From an uncultured Endomicrobiia bacterium (GTDB lineage Bacteria > Elusimicrobiota > Endomicrobiia > DTEH01), in the NCBI GenBank assembly GCA_938074745.1, contig CALJEJ010000006.1, positions 18,043-82,042 of the forward strand: DNA of 64,000 nucleotides, read 5' to 3'. Below the pieces are notes generated by a model. The model searched no databases. It worked only from the letters and a program-made list of their open reading frames with translations, and was not told the DNA's origin. Below, one piece after another: positions 1 through 9,819 of this stretch (its first letter is position 1; each line of letters opens with the position of its first letter). A program made the translations under genes and the position numbers.

Positions 1-462
1 TAGTGCTTGGTTGACATAATAATATGGATTTTCTGTAGTAATTCCGATTAGCACTATATTTCCGTTTTCAACTTCTGGTAATAATACATCTTGCTGATAT
101 CTGTTGAAATGGTGAATTTCGTCAAGTATAAGCAACAACTTTTTTGTTTGTGAAGTTTGATAATATTGCATTTTTTTTATTATTTCCTTAAGTTCATTAA
201 TACCAACAACTGTAGCATTAGTTTCTATAGGTTCATATACAGACCTTTTCGCAATAAGTTTTGCAACAGCAGATTTTCCTGTCCCTGAAGGACCAAAAAG
301 AATAACTGAAAAAAGTTTGTCTTGTTCTATAAGTGTTCTAAATAATGTCCCTTTAGCAAGAATATGTTCTTGTCCTATTATATCGTCTAAAGAAGACGGA
401 ATAAACCTTGCTGCTAAAGGTAAATTTTTTTTATTGTTAAAATTAGATTTAAACAGTTCCAT
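1..462 (-). CDS. rarA: Replication-associated recombination protein A (RarA/MgsA), N-terminal 154 codons. The gene continues beyond the window edge.
   Basis: Minus-strand translation from ATG (complement of 460-462) reads MELFKSNF...DDIIGQEHILAKGTLFRTLIEQDKLFSVILFGPSGTGKS (Walker A) ...LLLILDEIHHFNRYQQDVLLPEVENGNIVLIGITTENPYYYVNQAL. This is the RarA signature (DEIHRFNKxQQDxLLPxVExGxIxxIGATTENP). Confidence 0.85.
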   Translation of the reverse strand, partial: MELFKSNFNNKKNLPLAARFIPSSLDDIIGQEHILAKGTLFRTLIEQDKLFSVILFGPSGTGKSAVAKLIAKRSVYEPIETNATVVGINELKEIIKKMQYYQTSQTKKLLLILDEIHHFNRYQQDVLLPEVENGNIVLIGITTENPYYYVNQAL

Positions 463-532
463 TGGATATTTCTATAAGGATAGATTAATGGTAGGTAGGT
501 TTATAAGATTTTTTTAATTTTAGAGTAGATAC

Positions 533-844
533 CTATTCTTCTTTCAACACAGCATCAATTTGTTCTATAAGATTAGCAACTTTTGTTTCTAAAAAATTAA
601 TTTTGTCGTCCAATTTTTTTTCCAGGTCCAATTTTTCTTCAGCAAATTCTAACGCAGTAAGCGCATATCTCGTAAACGCATCGGTAGATAATTCTTTTGT
701 GATTTCAAACTTTTTGTGGACCTGGTCTGCTACAAGTTGTTTAAACATTTTCTCTGCAATAGAAGATACTTTTATTGGTACCTCTCTAAATCCTATTTTT
801 ACTTGAATAACTTCGTCTATTTCTGTTTTATTACTACCTACCAT
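533..844 (-). CDS. Small coiled-coil protein, ZapA-like cell division protein (tentative)
   Basis: 103 aa with ATG start. The N-terminal half (VIQVKIGFREVPIKV...KQLVADQVHKKF...LSTDAFTRYALTALEFAEE) resembles the ZapA fold pattern and the C-terminal part is a coiled coil. The family call is from pattern only. Confidence 0.4.
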   Translation of the reverse strand: MVGSNKTEIDEVIQVKIGFREVPIKVSSIAEKMFKQLVADQVHKKFEITKELSTDAFTRYALTALEFAEEKLDLEKKLDDKINFLETKVANLIEQIDAVLKEE

Positions 845-867
845 AATCTATTCAATTTTTAAATTTT

Positions 868-1203
868 TTAACTAACTATTTCAGATAAACGTTTTACTAA
901 CAGGGATAACTTTTGTCTTGCTAAATAAGTTTTATTCTGTAAATGAAGATAATTTTTGTAAAAATTTTGTAACCTTTTGTTTTCCTCCTCTAACGATTTG
1001 TTGTTTAAAATTAGTTGTTGTTTTTCTGCTTTCAATAGTTCTATTTTCTTAATACACTGTTGAATTTTATTTTCTAATTCTATAATATAATTTTCCAAAC
1101 TCTCAATTCTTTCAATTAGATTTATGGGTTTAATCTCCATATTTATTAATTTACAAAAGTTGGCATTAAAAGTCAATATTTCCTCTGCAAACTTCTTAAA
1201 CAT
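868..1203 (-). CDS. Coiled-coil protein of unknown function, possibly a ZapB-like partner
   Basis: 111 aa, almost entirely heptad-repeat coiled coil (IERIESLENYIIELENKIQQCIKKIELLKAEKQQLILNNKSLEEENKRLQ). It lies immediately upstream of and co-directional with the ZapA-like gene. Confidence 0.3.
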   Translation of the reverse strand: MFKKFAEEILTFNANFCKLINMEIKPINLIERIESLENYIIELENKIQQCIKKIELLKAEKQQLILNNKSLEEENKRLQNFYKNYLHLQNKTYLARQKLSLLVKRLSEIVS

Positions 1204-1274
1204 ATATTTTTTGAACCGAAATACGCTGTTTTAACATCTAATTTAACGGAGTAGTTCAAAATCTGGAGGTGAAA

Positions 1275-3902
1275 ATGAACCCGGAAAAATTTACGTTGAA
1301 GTCACAAGAAATATTATACAACTCTCAACGGTTAGCAGAAAAAAATGGTAACCCAGAACTTATGCCTGAACACCTGTTGTTCTCAATACTTACTTCAGAA
1401 GATTCTATAGCAGTAGAGATATTAAAAAAAATCGGGATTGATATAAAAAGAGTAGTTGACGAATTAGAAATTCAAATTAACAACTTTCCAAAAGTTTCTT
1501 CAGTAAATCATATTTTAATTTCACCAAGGTTAAAAAAAGTATTTGATTATGCATTAGAGTCAATGCAACAACTAAAAGATGAGTATGTTTCTATTGAACA
1601 TTTATTTTTAGGCATAATTGAGGAATCTACTTCAAAAACCTCAGTTTCTACACCAAACGCATTCATACTTAAAAAGTTTGGAATAGACAAAGAAAAAGTT
1701 CTTATTGCACTGAAATCTATCCGAGGTAGCCAACATGTCACTGACCAAACACCTGAGGAAAAATATAAACCATTACAAAAATATGGTAGGGATTTGACAG
1801 AATTGGCACGGTTAGGTAAACTTGACCCGGTAATAGGTAGGGATGCGGAAATACGTAGAACAATCCAAGTTCTTTCTCGTAGAACTAAAAATAATCCTGT
1901 TTTAATAGGTGACCCTGGTGTGGGAAAAACTGCAATTGTAGAAGGTCTTGCTCAACGAATAATTTCCGGCGATGTCCCTGAAAGTATAAAAAATAAAACA
2001 GTCTTTCAATTAGACTTATCTTCATTAATTGCGGGAACAAAATATCGTGGCGAGTTTGAGGAACGATTGAAATCTGTTTTAAAAGAGATTACTGAATCCG
2101 GTGACAAATATATACTTTTTATTGACGAATTACATACATTAGTAGGTGCAGGCGGTGCAGAAGGTGCAATTGACGCTTCTAACATTTTAAAACCGATGTT
2201 AGCCAGAGGTGAACTACGCTGTATCGGTGCTACAACAATTGATGAATATAGAAAACATATTGAAAAAGACCGTGCATTGGAACGAAGATTCCAGCCTATA
2301 CTTGTTACAGAACCGTCTGTTGAAGATACAATATCAATTCTTCGTGGTTTGAAAGAACGATATGAAATTCATCACGGGATAAAAATTAAAGATGAAGCTA
2401 TAGTTGCTGCTGCAGTGTTATCCAGCAGGTATATTACCGACAGATATTTACCAGATAAAGCAATAGATTTAATAGATGAAGCAGCAAGTAAAATAAGAAT
2501 AGAAATAGATTCAATGCCAGCAGAAATTGATGAAATTAATAGAAAAATTATGCAGTTAGAAATAGAAAAACAAGCAATAAAATCAGCCGCAAGCAGTGAT
2601 ATTGAGACAAAAGATACACAGAAAAAAATTGAAGAAATAGATAAAACTATTATAGAATTAAAACAAAAAAGTGAAAAATTAACTACACAATGGAAAAAAG
2701 AGAAAGAGATTATTTCAAAAATAAAACAGATAAAACAAGAAATTGATGAACTTAAATATAAAAAATCGTTAGCAGAACGAGAGGGAAATCTTAATGTTGT
2801 TGCGGAGATACAATATGGTAGACTACCTGAAAAAGAAAAGGAATTACAAAAACTTAATTCAGAACTTCTTAGTATTCAACAGGCAGGCAGAATATTAAAA
2901 GAAGAAGTTGATGAAGAAGATATAGCAGAGGTTGTTTCAAAATGGACAGGTATACCTGTCACAAAACTTGTTCAGACAGAAAAAGAACGGTTGTTACATA
3001 TGGAAGAATATCTTAAAAAAGTTATCGTAGGACAGGATCATGCTATAGAACGAGTTTCTGAATGTATTCGTAGAAGTCGTGCTGGATTGCAGGACCAAAA
3101 CCGGCCGATAGGCGTGTTTTTATTCTTAGGTCCAACAGGTGTTGGAAAAACTGAACTTGCAAAACGGTTAGCCGAATTTCTATTCAATGACCAGAAGAAT
3201 CTTGTTCGTATAGATATGTCTGAATATATGGAGAAACATTCTGTTTCGCGACTAATTGGTGCACCGCCAGGATATGTGGGATATGAAGAAGGTGGACAAC
3301 TTACTGAAGCAATTCGTAGAAGACCATATTCAGTTATACTTTTCGATGAAGTAGAAAAAGCACATAACGAGGTGTTTAACGTTTTATTACAACTGTTTGA
3401 TGAAGGCCGGCTTACTGACGGTAAAGGCAGAACAGTGGATTTTAGAAATACTGTCATAATTATGACTTCTAATATTGCTACTGATGTGATTACAAACATA
3501 GAAACTACAAAGAATATGTCTTCAGAACAACTGGAACAATTTGTACATGATGAATTAAAAAAATATTTTAAACCAGAATTTTTAAACCGTATTGACGAAA
3601 TTATAATTTTTAATAAACTCGGATTAAAAGAAATCGCTAAAATTGTTGATATACAATTACAAGAAATTAAAAAAATGTTAGAACAAAAAAATATCACTGT
3701 AGAATTTTCTGACGAACTGAAAGATTTTATTGCTAAAGAAGGGTTTGATGTAACTTACGGTGCACGACCATTAAAAAGAGTAATACAACGTAAAATAGTC
3801 AATCTTATTACTAAAAATTTGCTCGAAGGAAAAATTAACGAAGCAGATAAAATAAAACTTGAGCTAAATGCTAAAAATCAGATTGTGATATCTAAGAAAT
3901 AA
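1275..3902 (+). CDS. clpB: Chaperone ClpB (AAA+ disaggregase)
   Basis: 875-877 aa with two AAA+ modules ([18 protein letters not shown]; [19 protein letters not shown]), a long middle coiled-coil domain and the sensor motif GARPLKR. The SD GGAGGTG lies 5 nt before ATG at 1275. The ORF track begins at an upstream GTG at 1269. Confidence 0.95.
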   Translation: MNPEKFTLKSQEILYNSQRLAEKNGNPELMPEHLLFSILTSEDSIAVEILKKIGIDIKRVVDELEIQINNFPKVSSVNHILISPRLKKVFDYALESMQQLKDEYVSIEHLFLGIIEESTSKTSVSTPNAFILKKFGIDKEKVLIALKSIRGSQHVTDQTPEEKYKPLQKYGRDLTELARLGKLDPVIGRDAEIRRTIQVLSRRTKNNPVLIGDPGVGKTAIVEGLAQRIISGDVPESIKNKTVFQLDLSSLIAGTKYRGEFEERLKSVLKEITESGDKYILFIDELHTLVGAGGAEGAIDASNILKPMLARGELRCIGATTIDEYRKHIEKDRALERRFQPILVTEPSVEDTISILRGLKERYEIHHGIKIKDEAIVAAAVLSSRYITDRYLPDKAIDLIDEAASKIRIEIDSMPAEIDEINRKIMQLEIEKQAIKSAASSDIETKDTQKKIEEIDKTIIELKQKSEKLTTQWKKEKEIISKIKQIKQEIDELKYKKSLAEREGNLNVVAEIQYGRLPEKEKELQKLNSELLSIQQAGRILKEEVDEEDIAEVVSKWTGIPVTKLVQTEKERLLHMEEYLKKVIVGQDHAIERVSECIRRSRAGLQDQNRPIGVFLFLGPTGVGKTELAKRLAEFLFNDQKNLVRIDMSEYMEKHSVSRLIGAPPGYVGYEEGGQLTEAIRRRPYSVILFDEVEKAHNEVFNVLLQLFDEGRLTDGKGRTVDFRNTVIIMTSNIATDVITNIETTKNMSSEQLEQFVHDELKKYFKPEFLNRIDEIIIFNKLGLKEIAKIVDIQLQEIKKMLEQKNITVEFSDELKDFIAKEGFDVTYGARPLKRVIQRKIVNLITKNLLEGKINEADKIKLELNAKNQIVISKK

Positions 3903-4017
3903 AATTTTATATTAATTCTTTCCTGTGGTTTCTTCATAAAATACTTTTCGTAATTTTTTTCTACTCTATTTTTCTTATCTATAGAAATTTTTATTAAAAT
4001 TTCGTATAAAATTTCTT

Positions 4018-4893
4018 ATGAATAAATATAGTGACCCTGAAATATTAAAACATTTAGACAAGATAATTTTTGAATTTAATCGTGATATAGAAGGTACACT
4101 TCCGGGTAGACACAGAAGTAAACTTATTGGTAAGTCGTTAGAGTTTGTCCAACATAGAGAATATGTTAAAGGAGATGATTTAAGATATATTGATTGGAAA
4201 GTTTATGGTAGGCGAGATAAATTTTTTGTTAAACAATACCACCAAGAAACGAACCTTGTGTGTTACATATTATTAGACTGTTCTTCTTCAATGTGGTATC
4301 CTTTAGAGAAAACAAAGTATGAATATGCTGGTGCGTTAGCTTCTTATATAAGTTACATTTTGTTAAACCAAAACGATTCTGTTGGTTTAATCAAATTTGA
4401 TAACCAAATTTTAAAAATTATCCAACCAAAATCTGGCCAAGAACAATATTATAGAATATTAGAAGAAATTAATTTAGAAACTTTTGGTGGAAAAAGTGAT
4501 TTTATAACTGTAATAAGTTTGTTAACTAAAAAATTAAGAAAATATTCGTTACTTATAATTATTTCCGACCTTATTTGTAGTCAAGAAAGTTTTCTTGTAG
4601 AGGCATTGAAAAAAATAGCATATTCAAAAATTAACATTATTGTTTTACACATAGTTTCTAAAGAAGAATATCTGTTAAATTTTGATTTAGAGAATGTTAC
4701 TTTTGAAGATGTGGAAGATAATACTAAAATTAAGACAAACATTGATGAAATAAAGTCGTTATATATTAAAGAATTTGACAGTTTACTTAAATATTATAAA
4801 ACAGAACTATATTCTGCAAATATTGGATATTTCTTTATAGACACATCTAAACCAATATTAGAAAATTTAGAATTAATAATTTACAGTCAATGA
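4018..4893 (+). CDS. DUF58 family protein (MoxR-associated vWA-like)
   Basis: Canonical DUF58 core: LIGKSLEFVQHREYVKGDDLRYIDWKVYGRRDKFFVKQYHQETNLVCYILLDCSSSM. The stop overlaps the next start (ATGA at 4890-4893). Confidence 0.8.
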   Translation: MNKYSDPEILKHLDKIIFEFNRDIEGTLPGRHRSKLIGKSLEFVQHREYVKGDDLRYIDWKVYGRRDKFFVKQYHQETNLVCYILLDCSSSMWYPLEKTKYEYAGALASYISYILLNQNDSVGLIKFDNQILKIIQPKSGQEQYYRILEEINLETFGGKSDFITVISLLTKKLRKYSLLIIISDLICSQESFLVEALKKIAYSKINIIVLHIVSKEEYLLNFDLENVTFEDVEDNTKIKTNIDEIKSLYIKEFDSLLKYYKTELYSANIGYFFIDTSKPILENLELIIYSQ

Positions 4894-6923
4894 TTTACTT
4901 TTATAATCCTTGGATATTTATTTTATTACCATTGATATTCTTACCTATATTATTACATCTTCTGTTTGAAAAAAAATCTCCAATAATTAAGTTCACATAT
5001 CTCCACTTAATAAATAAAATCTTAAAACAATTTGTCCCACGAAAACGAATTATAGATATAATTGTTTTAATTTTACGATGTCTAATAATTTTTTTAATAA
5101 TAACATATTTTGCCCGACCTGTAGGATATTTTAATCCTAAAAAAACATCTGCAATTAATATTATTTTTGCTATAGACAACTCGTTTTCTACAAAGTATAA
5201 AATAGGTAATATTTCAAAACTTGAAATGTTTAAAACATTAATAAAAAAATTGTTGAAGAGATTATCATATAAGAATGTAAGGTTTTCTACTATAATATTT
5301 AACGAAAATGTTTCACCACTGAATAGTAAGTTTGTGGTGTATAACTATGAAAATATTGCAAGTGTATTGGATAAAATTTCACCTACATATAAAGGGACTA
5401 ATTTATCTACACTGGTTCATTATGTGACAAGTATTTTTAATACTTTGGAATATAAAGATTCGCAAAACAAAGTTATTGTTTTAACAGACCTTGCAGAACA
5501 TATGTTGTCACAGAAAGAAGTGGTTATTTCCACATTTCCTCTGTATAATCAGATTGATTGGATATTTTGTTATCCTGATATATTAGGGACAAATTTTTAT
5601 GTTAAACAATTAGATATTAATAAACAAGAACCTGACATTGTGGAATTTAAGTTTGTTCCAGAAAGTAACATCAAAACTAAAACTGTTGTTAATGCAAAAT
5701 TGGTGATAAATGATACTCAAGTAGATACTATTGATATAAATTTTTCTCAAAAAGAATATAAATTTAATTACGTATTAACAAAAAATAGCAAATTTTACGG
5801 TTATATATCTTTACAAAATGATAATCTTAATGAAGATAATAATTTCTATTTTTCATTTGTAGACAAGGATAAAACACAACTGTTATGTATTGTTAACGAA
5901 CCGTTTTATATTAAAGGTATAGAAAGTAAAAAATATTATTTAGAAAAATTATCTTCTATAGGTTGGGATGTAGAAGTTATTCCTTATGAAGACGTTAATA
6001 AGGGATTTATTATAAATAAGATAAACTCAAAGGTAAAAAACATAGTTTTCGTAGATATGAATTCTTTTGAAGATATTATAGACACAACAAAACTCGAAGG
6101 CAAAAATGTCATAATTTTTCCATCTGAAAATTTGAATGTAGACTCCTATGAAAAACTTTTTAGTGGGTTAGAGTTTGTAGAACTGCAAGAAGGCAAAATA
6201 AACAATTTTAATATTTTGTTAGGTGAAGATGAACAATTTAATAATTTAGTATCACAGTTTGAGTATCAAAAAATTGTTGTTTTCCAAAAATATAGGTTGA
6301 CAATTACTTCTTCACAGAATGGTTGGAAGGTATTACTGAAATTTTCTGATGGTACACCGGCAGTGGTTAATAAAGGAAATATATATGTATTTTCGTTTTC
6401 AATTTCTAAGAAATGGAGCAATTTTGTATACAAACCACTTTTTTTAGGAATTATGAAATATATTATTGAAAGAAGTGAAAGTGAGACTAAGTATAAACAC
6501 TTTTATTTTGTTTCAGAACCAATTCCTATACTAGAAGTTTCTAAAGTATTTAGTCTTATAGAAAACAAATATGTTGATGAAGAGTTTTGGCAGAAATCGC
6601 CAGAACTAAAGATATACCGTCCTGGAATTTATAGAATAGAAACAGAAGATAAAAATCTTTTTGCAACACAGTACGTTTTTGGCATAAATATTTCACCTGA
6701 AGAAAGTAATATAAAACTTATTCCAAAAGATAAACTGAAAGATGTAATAAAAAAAATTCCAAAATGTAACGTAAGTTTTGTTAACATTCTTGAACATAAA
6801 AGTGAAGATGATATAATTAAACAATGTTTGGGTAAAGAATATTCACATAATTTGCTGAAATTGATAATTTTGTTGTTTTTAATAGAAACAATTCTTAGCA
6901 GAACAATGAGAAAAATGGTATGA
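4890..6923 (+). CDS. Membrane-anchored von Willebrand factor A (vWA) domain protein, BatA-like, with a roughly 350-aa C-terminal extension of unknown function
   Basis: Two N-terminal TM helices are followed by the MIDAS motif DxSxS (IIFAIDNSFSTKY) in vWA context. At 677 aa it is about twice the length of typical BatA. The stop overlaps the next start (6920-6923). Confidence 0.65.
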   Translation: MIYFYNPWIFILLPLIFLPILLHLLFEKKSPIIKFTYLHLINKILKQFVPRKRIIDIIVLILRCLIIFLIITYFARPVGYFNPKKTSAINIIFAIDNSFSTKYKIGNISKLEMFKTLIKKLLKRLSYKNVRFSTIIFNENVSPLNSKFVVYNYENIASVLDKISPTYKGTNLSTLVHYVTSIFNTLEYKDSQNKVIVLTDLAEHMLSQKEVVISTFPLYNQIDWIFCYPDILGTNFYVKQLDINKQEPDIVEFKFVPESNIKTKTVVNAKLVINDTQVDTIDINFSQKEYKFNYVLTKNSKFYGYISLQNDNLNEDNNFYFSFVDKDKTQLLCIVNEPFYIKGIESKKYYLEKLSSIGWDVEVIPYEDVNKGFIINKINSKVKNIVFVDMNSFEDIIDTTKLEGKNVIIFPSENLNVDSYEKLFSGLEFVELQEGKINNFNILLGEDEQFNNLVSQFEYQKIVVFQKYRLTITSSQNGWKVLLKFSDGTPAVVNKGNIYVFSFSISKKWSNFVYKPLFLGIMKYIIERSESETKYKHFYFVSEPIPILEVSKVFSLIENKYVDEEFWQKSPELKIYRPGIYRIETEDKNLFATQYVFGINISPEESNIKLIPKDKLKDVIKKIPKCNVSFVNILEHKSEDDIIKQCLGKEYSHNLLKLIILLFLIETILSRTMRKMV

Positions 6924-7681
6924 AAAGAAACAGGCGAAATAGGTTGTTAAGTTTTACAGCAGTTGTGTTGTTTGTAAGTTTTTTATTTTCTAGTGATAAA
7001 TTTGTTTTTACACAATTAAAATATAATGGTAATTGGGATCCGTATCCGCAGATATATTCAGATATATTAGAAATATTAACACTTACCACCAGTGTTCAAG
7101 TTAGTCCAAACCGCAGAATCATAGATTTGGATTTAAGTCCATATAATCTAAGAAAAGAATTATCATCTGCACCTTTTGTGATATTGTTAGGTAATGATGA
7201 AATAAAATTGTCTAATGAAGTAATTCTCATATTACGGGATTATATCATTAATGGGGGTACAATGTTTATTGAAGATATTTCGGAGTTACGTTATAGTAAG
7301 TTTGATTCTTCAATACGCAAAATTTTACGATTGATGTTTCCTGAATACAAATTAAAAAAGTCTACTCAGGAAACTGTAATAATGAAATCGTTTTATTTAA
7401 TAAGAAAAGTTACCGGTCGTGTGATATTAAACGATTATATTGAATATATAGAATACGAAAACCGTCCTGCTATAATCTATTCTCGCAACAACATAATTTC
7501 TTGTTGGGCGAGGGATAGGTTCGGAAAGTTTATTTATTCTTGTATTCCTGACGGTGAACCACAACGGTTTAATTCACAGAAGTTATTTTTGAATATAATT
7601 ATGTACTCTTTATGTGGAACATATAAAATGGACAAAGTTCACCAACCATTTATTGAAGAAAAGTTAAAACGAGGAAGATGA
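6920..7681 (+). CDS. Secreted protein, DUF4159-like (GATase1/ThuA-like fold, usually found next to vWA and DUF58 genes)
   Basis: N-terminal signal peptide (LLSFTAVVLFVSFLFS). The segment FVILLGNDEIKLSNEVILILRDYIINGGTMFIED resembles the class-I glutamine-amidotransferase-like core. The family assignment comes from context and pattern only. Confidence 0.35.
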   Translation: MKRNRRNRLLSFTAVVLFVSFLFSSDKFVFTQLKYNGNWDPYPQIYSDILEILTLTTSVQVSPNRRIIDLDLSPYNLRKELSSAPFVILLGNDEIKLSNEVILILRDYIINGGTMFIEDISELRYSKFDSSIRKILRLMFPEYKLKKSTQETVIMKSFYLIRKVTGRVILNDYIEYIEYENRPAIIYSRNNIISCWARDRFGKFIYSCIPDGEPQRFNSQKLFLNIIMYSLCGTYKMDKVHQPFIEEKLKRGR

Positions 7682-9819
7682 TATCAATAAATATTAATTT
7701 TATTTCAGTTTTATTTGTATTACTTTTTCTAATAACTACAGTATATTGGATTACAAGACCAACTTTTAAATTTAAATATTGGAAGTTATTTATTTTAAGA
7801 AGTATATTGGCGATATTACTGTTAACTTTATTATTTCAACTGAGATATAACATTGGTAATGTTAAAACAAAACCACAATTGAAACTATTGGTGGACACTT
7901 CATACAGTATGAAATTTAATAACAGAATAAACAAAGTCAAAGAATTTCTTAAGAAATATTTAGATGCATTAACCAAAGAAATGGATACTAGTATATACAT
8001 ATTTGATGAAAAACTGCACAAGGTGGATTCTATACACCAAATAACAATTTCTGCTAAGGGTACAAAAATTAATTCAGTTATAGAAGAAATTTTATATATG
8101 AGTAAAGACAATACAAACCAGACAATATTGTTATTTTCTGACGGTAAAAATGCTACTTTAGATTTGCCAGTTATAGAAAAAGAAAATGTTAGTATTATTC
8201 CAATAATATTTGAAGAGGATAATTTTAAAGATGTTTCAATATCTAATTTAAAATATAGTAGTTTAGGATTTAAAGATGTTAACTATGAAGTTGTTGTTAA
8301 ACTATTATGTTTTGGATATGAAAATCGTAATTGCAAAATTTTTTTAACTGACGTTAACTCTAAAACTACAGTTTGTGAGAAAGAAATTGTGTTGAAAGAA
8401 GGTGAAAACGAAGTGAAATTAAATTTTATCCCTAAAGAAATTGGGAAGGTTAAATATAAACTGGCAGTCCAACATTTTCCACAAGAAATAACTTATGAAA
8501 ATAACGAGGTAAATATTAATGTAGAAATAAAGAAAAATAAAATAAGAATATTATATCTTTGTGGCCAACCGTCACCTGAATATTATTTTTTACGCAACTT
8601 AATAAAAAATGATCCTAATCTTGATTTAGTATCCTTTGTAATTTTACGTAATCCTGAATCCGTAGTTATAGTTCCTGAAGATGATTTAGCATTAATTCCG
8701 TTTCCTACCTATGACATTTTTGTAAAAGAACTTTTTAATTATGATTTAGTTATATTCGAAAATTTTTCTTATAGAAAATTTGCAATACCAGTTGGGTACT
8801 TAGAGAATATTCGTCAGTTTGTTCTTTCAGGCGGCGGATTTATAATGATTGGTGGGGATAAATCGTTTTCGTTAGGTGGGTATAAATTTACACCTATTGA
8901 AGAAATTTTACCTGTGAAACTTGTTGAGATAGAAAAATTTGTTACTATGGAGTATCGTCCTGAAATAGTTAATTTTAATGACAAAATGTTAAAAGTTGTA
9001 GATGACGCTGAATTAAATAAACTAATTTGGAAAACAATACCACCACTAAACAATTATCAAACTGTAGAAAGACAACAAAATTCTACTGTTTTAATGACAT
9101 ATCGCAATGTTCCTATAATGTCTTATTGGGTTAAAGGTAAAGGTAGAGTGTTTGCTTGTGGAACAAATAGTACTTATAGATGGGTTTTAGGAAATATTCT
9201 TTCTACTGAATATGATTATAAAAAAGCATATGTTCAATTTTGGAAAAATGTAATCTATTGGTGTAGTGGTGCCGAAGATATAAAAAGTTTGTACATAGTT
9301 ACAGACAGTGACGAATATTTAATAAATGAGGTAGTAAAATTTAAATTATATTATAACATTGCTGACACTGAAATAACACAGTTGCCTGAAGTATATATTA
9401 TTCAACCAGATATGAGTAAGAAAAAATTAGAATTAAAAAAAATATCTTTAGGAACATATACAGGCGAATTTGTTGGCTCAATGATAGGTGAATATAGTAT
9501 AGTTGCTGTAGTAAATAAGTACAAAGATACTCTAAAAGATATAAAAAAAATTGTAGTGAAACAAATAAACATTAACAATCTACAAGAAATTGCTGATTTA
9601 AAATTAGACAAAGAATATTTAACAAAAATTGCTAAGTTGACCAACAACGAACCTGTTCTTTCTACAAAGTTTAATATACAAAAATTTATTTCAGATGTTA
9701 AAAATAGACATAAAAAATATTTTGTTAATTTTGTAGAAGTATACCAAAAACCGTTTCTAGGAATATTATTTATAGGATTGTTCTTAATTGAGATATTTTT
9801 AGGGAAATTTATGAAATGA
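7678..9819 (+). CDS. Membrane protein with vWA domain plus a glutamine-amidotransferase-like (ThuA/DUF1355-type) domain and a C-terminal TM anchor
   Basis: N-terminal TM helices; MIDAS DxSxS (KLLVDTSYSMKF). A later segment reads DLVIFENFSYRKFAIPVGYLENIRQFVLSGGGFIMIGGDKSFSLGGY. The C-terminal hydrophobic helix is FLGILFIGLFLIEIF. ATGA overlaps occur at both ends. Confidence 0.6.
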   Translation: MISININFISVLFVLLFLITTVYWITRPTFKFKYWKLFILRSILAILLLTLLFQLRYNIGNVKTKPQLKLLVDTSYSMKFNNRINKVKEFLKKYLDALTKEMDTSIYIFDEKLHKVDSIHQITISAKGTKINSVIEEILYMSKDNTNQTILLFSDGKNATLDLPVIEKENVSIIPIIFEEDNFKDVSISNLKYSSLGFKDVNYEVVVKLLCFGYENRNCKIFLTDVNSKTTVCEKEIVLKEGENEVKLNFIPKEIGKVKYKLAVQHFPQEITYENNEVNINVEIKKNKIRILYLCGQPSPEYYFLRNLIKNDPNLDLVSFVILRNPESVVIVPEDDLALIPFPTYDIFVKELFNYDLVIFENFSYRKFAIPVGYLENIRQFVLSGGGFIMIGGDKSFSLGGYKFTPIEEILPVKLVEIEKFVTMEYRPEIVNFNDKMLKVVDDAELNKLIWKTIPPLNNYQTVERQQNSTVLMTYRNVPIMSYWVKGKGRVFACGTNSTYRWVLGNILSTEYDYKKAYVQFWKNVIYWCSGAEDIKSLYIVTDSDEYLINEVVKFKLYYNIADTEITQLPEVYIIQPDMSKKKLELKKISLGTYTGEFVGSMIGEYSIVAVVNKYKDTLKDIKKIVVKQININNLQEIADLKLDKEYLTKIAKLTNNEPVLSTKFNIQKFISDVKNRHKKYFVNFVEVYQKPFLGILFIGLFLIEIFLGKFMK

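Noticed and set aside
317-517. 66-aa plus-strand ORF at the window start
   Set aside because: Overlaps the minus-strand rarA N-terminus, whose Walker A and DEIHxFN motifs are unambiguous. No SD present.
1204-1274. Possible heat-shock regulatory element (CIRCE or sigma-32 type promoter) upstream of clpB
   Set aside because: No inverted repeat resembling TTAGCACTC-N9-GAGTGCTAA is present. TTGAAC is there, but I could not find a convincing CCCCAT-type -10, so no call is made.
3038-3697. 219-aa ORF antisense to clpB
   Set aside because: Lies entirely inside, and opposite to, a very well-supported clpB reading frame. The composition is low-complexity Ser/Cys/Asn-rich, typical of an antisense artefact in AT-rich DNA.
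4901-5179. Short antisense/alternate-frame ORFs listed in the track inside long genes. This one is representative; others include 10013-10492, 12712-12954, 19119-19370, 25529-25804, 32148-32462, 48885-49163 and 60737-61000.
   Set aside because: Each lies within a longer, motif-supported CDS on the other strand or in another frame. AT-rich genomes generate many such stop-free stretches.
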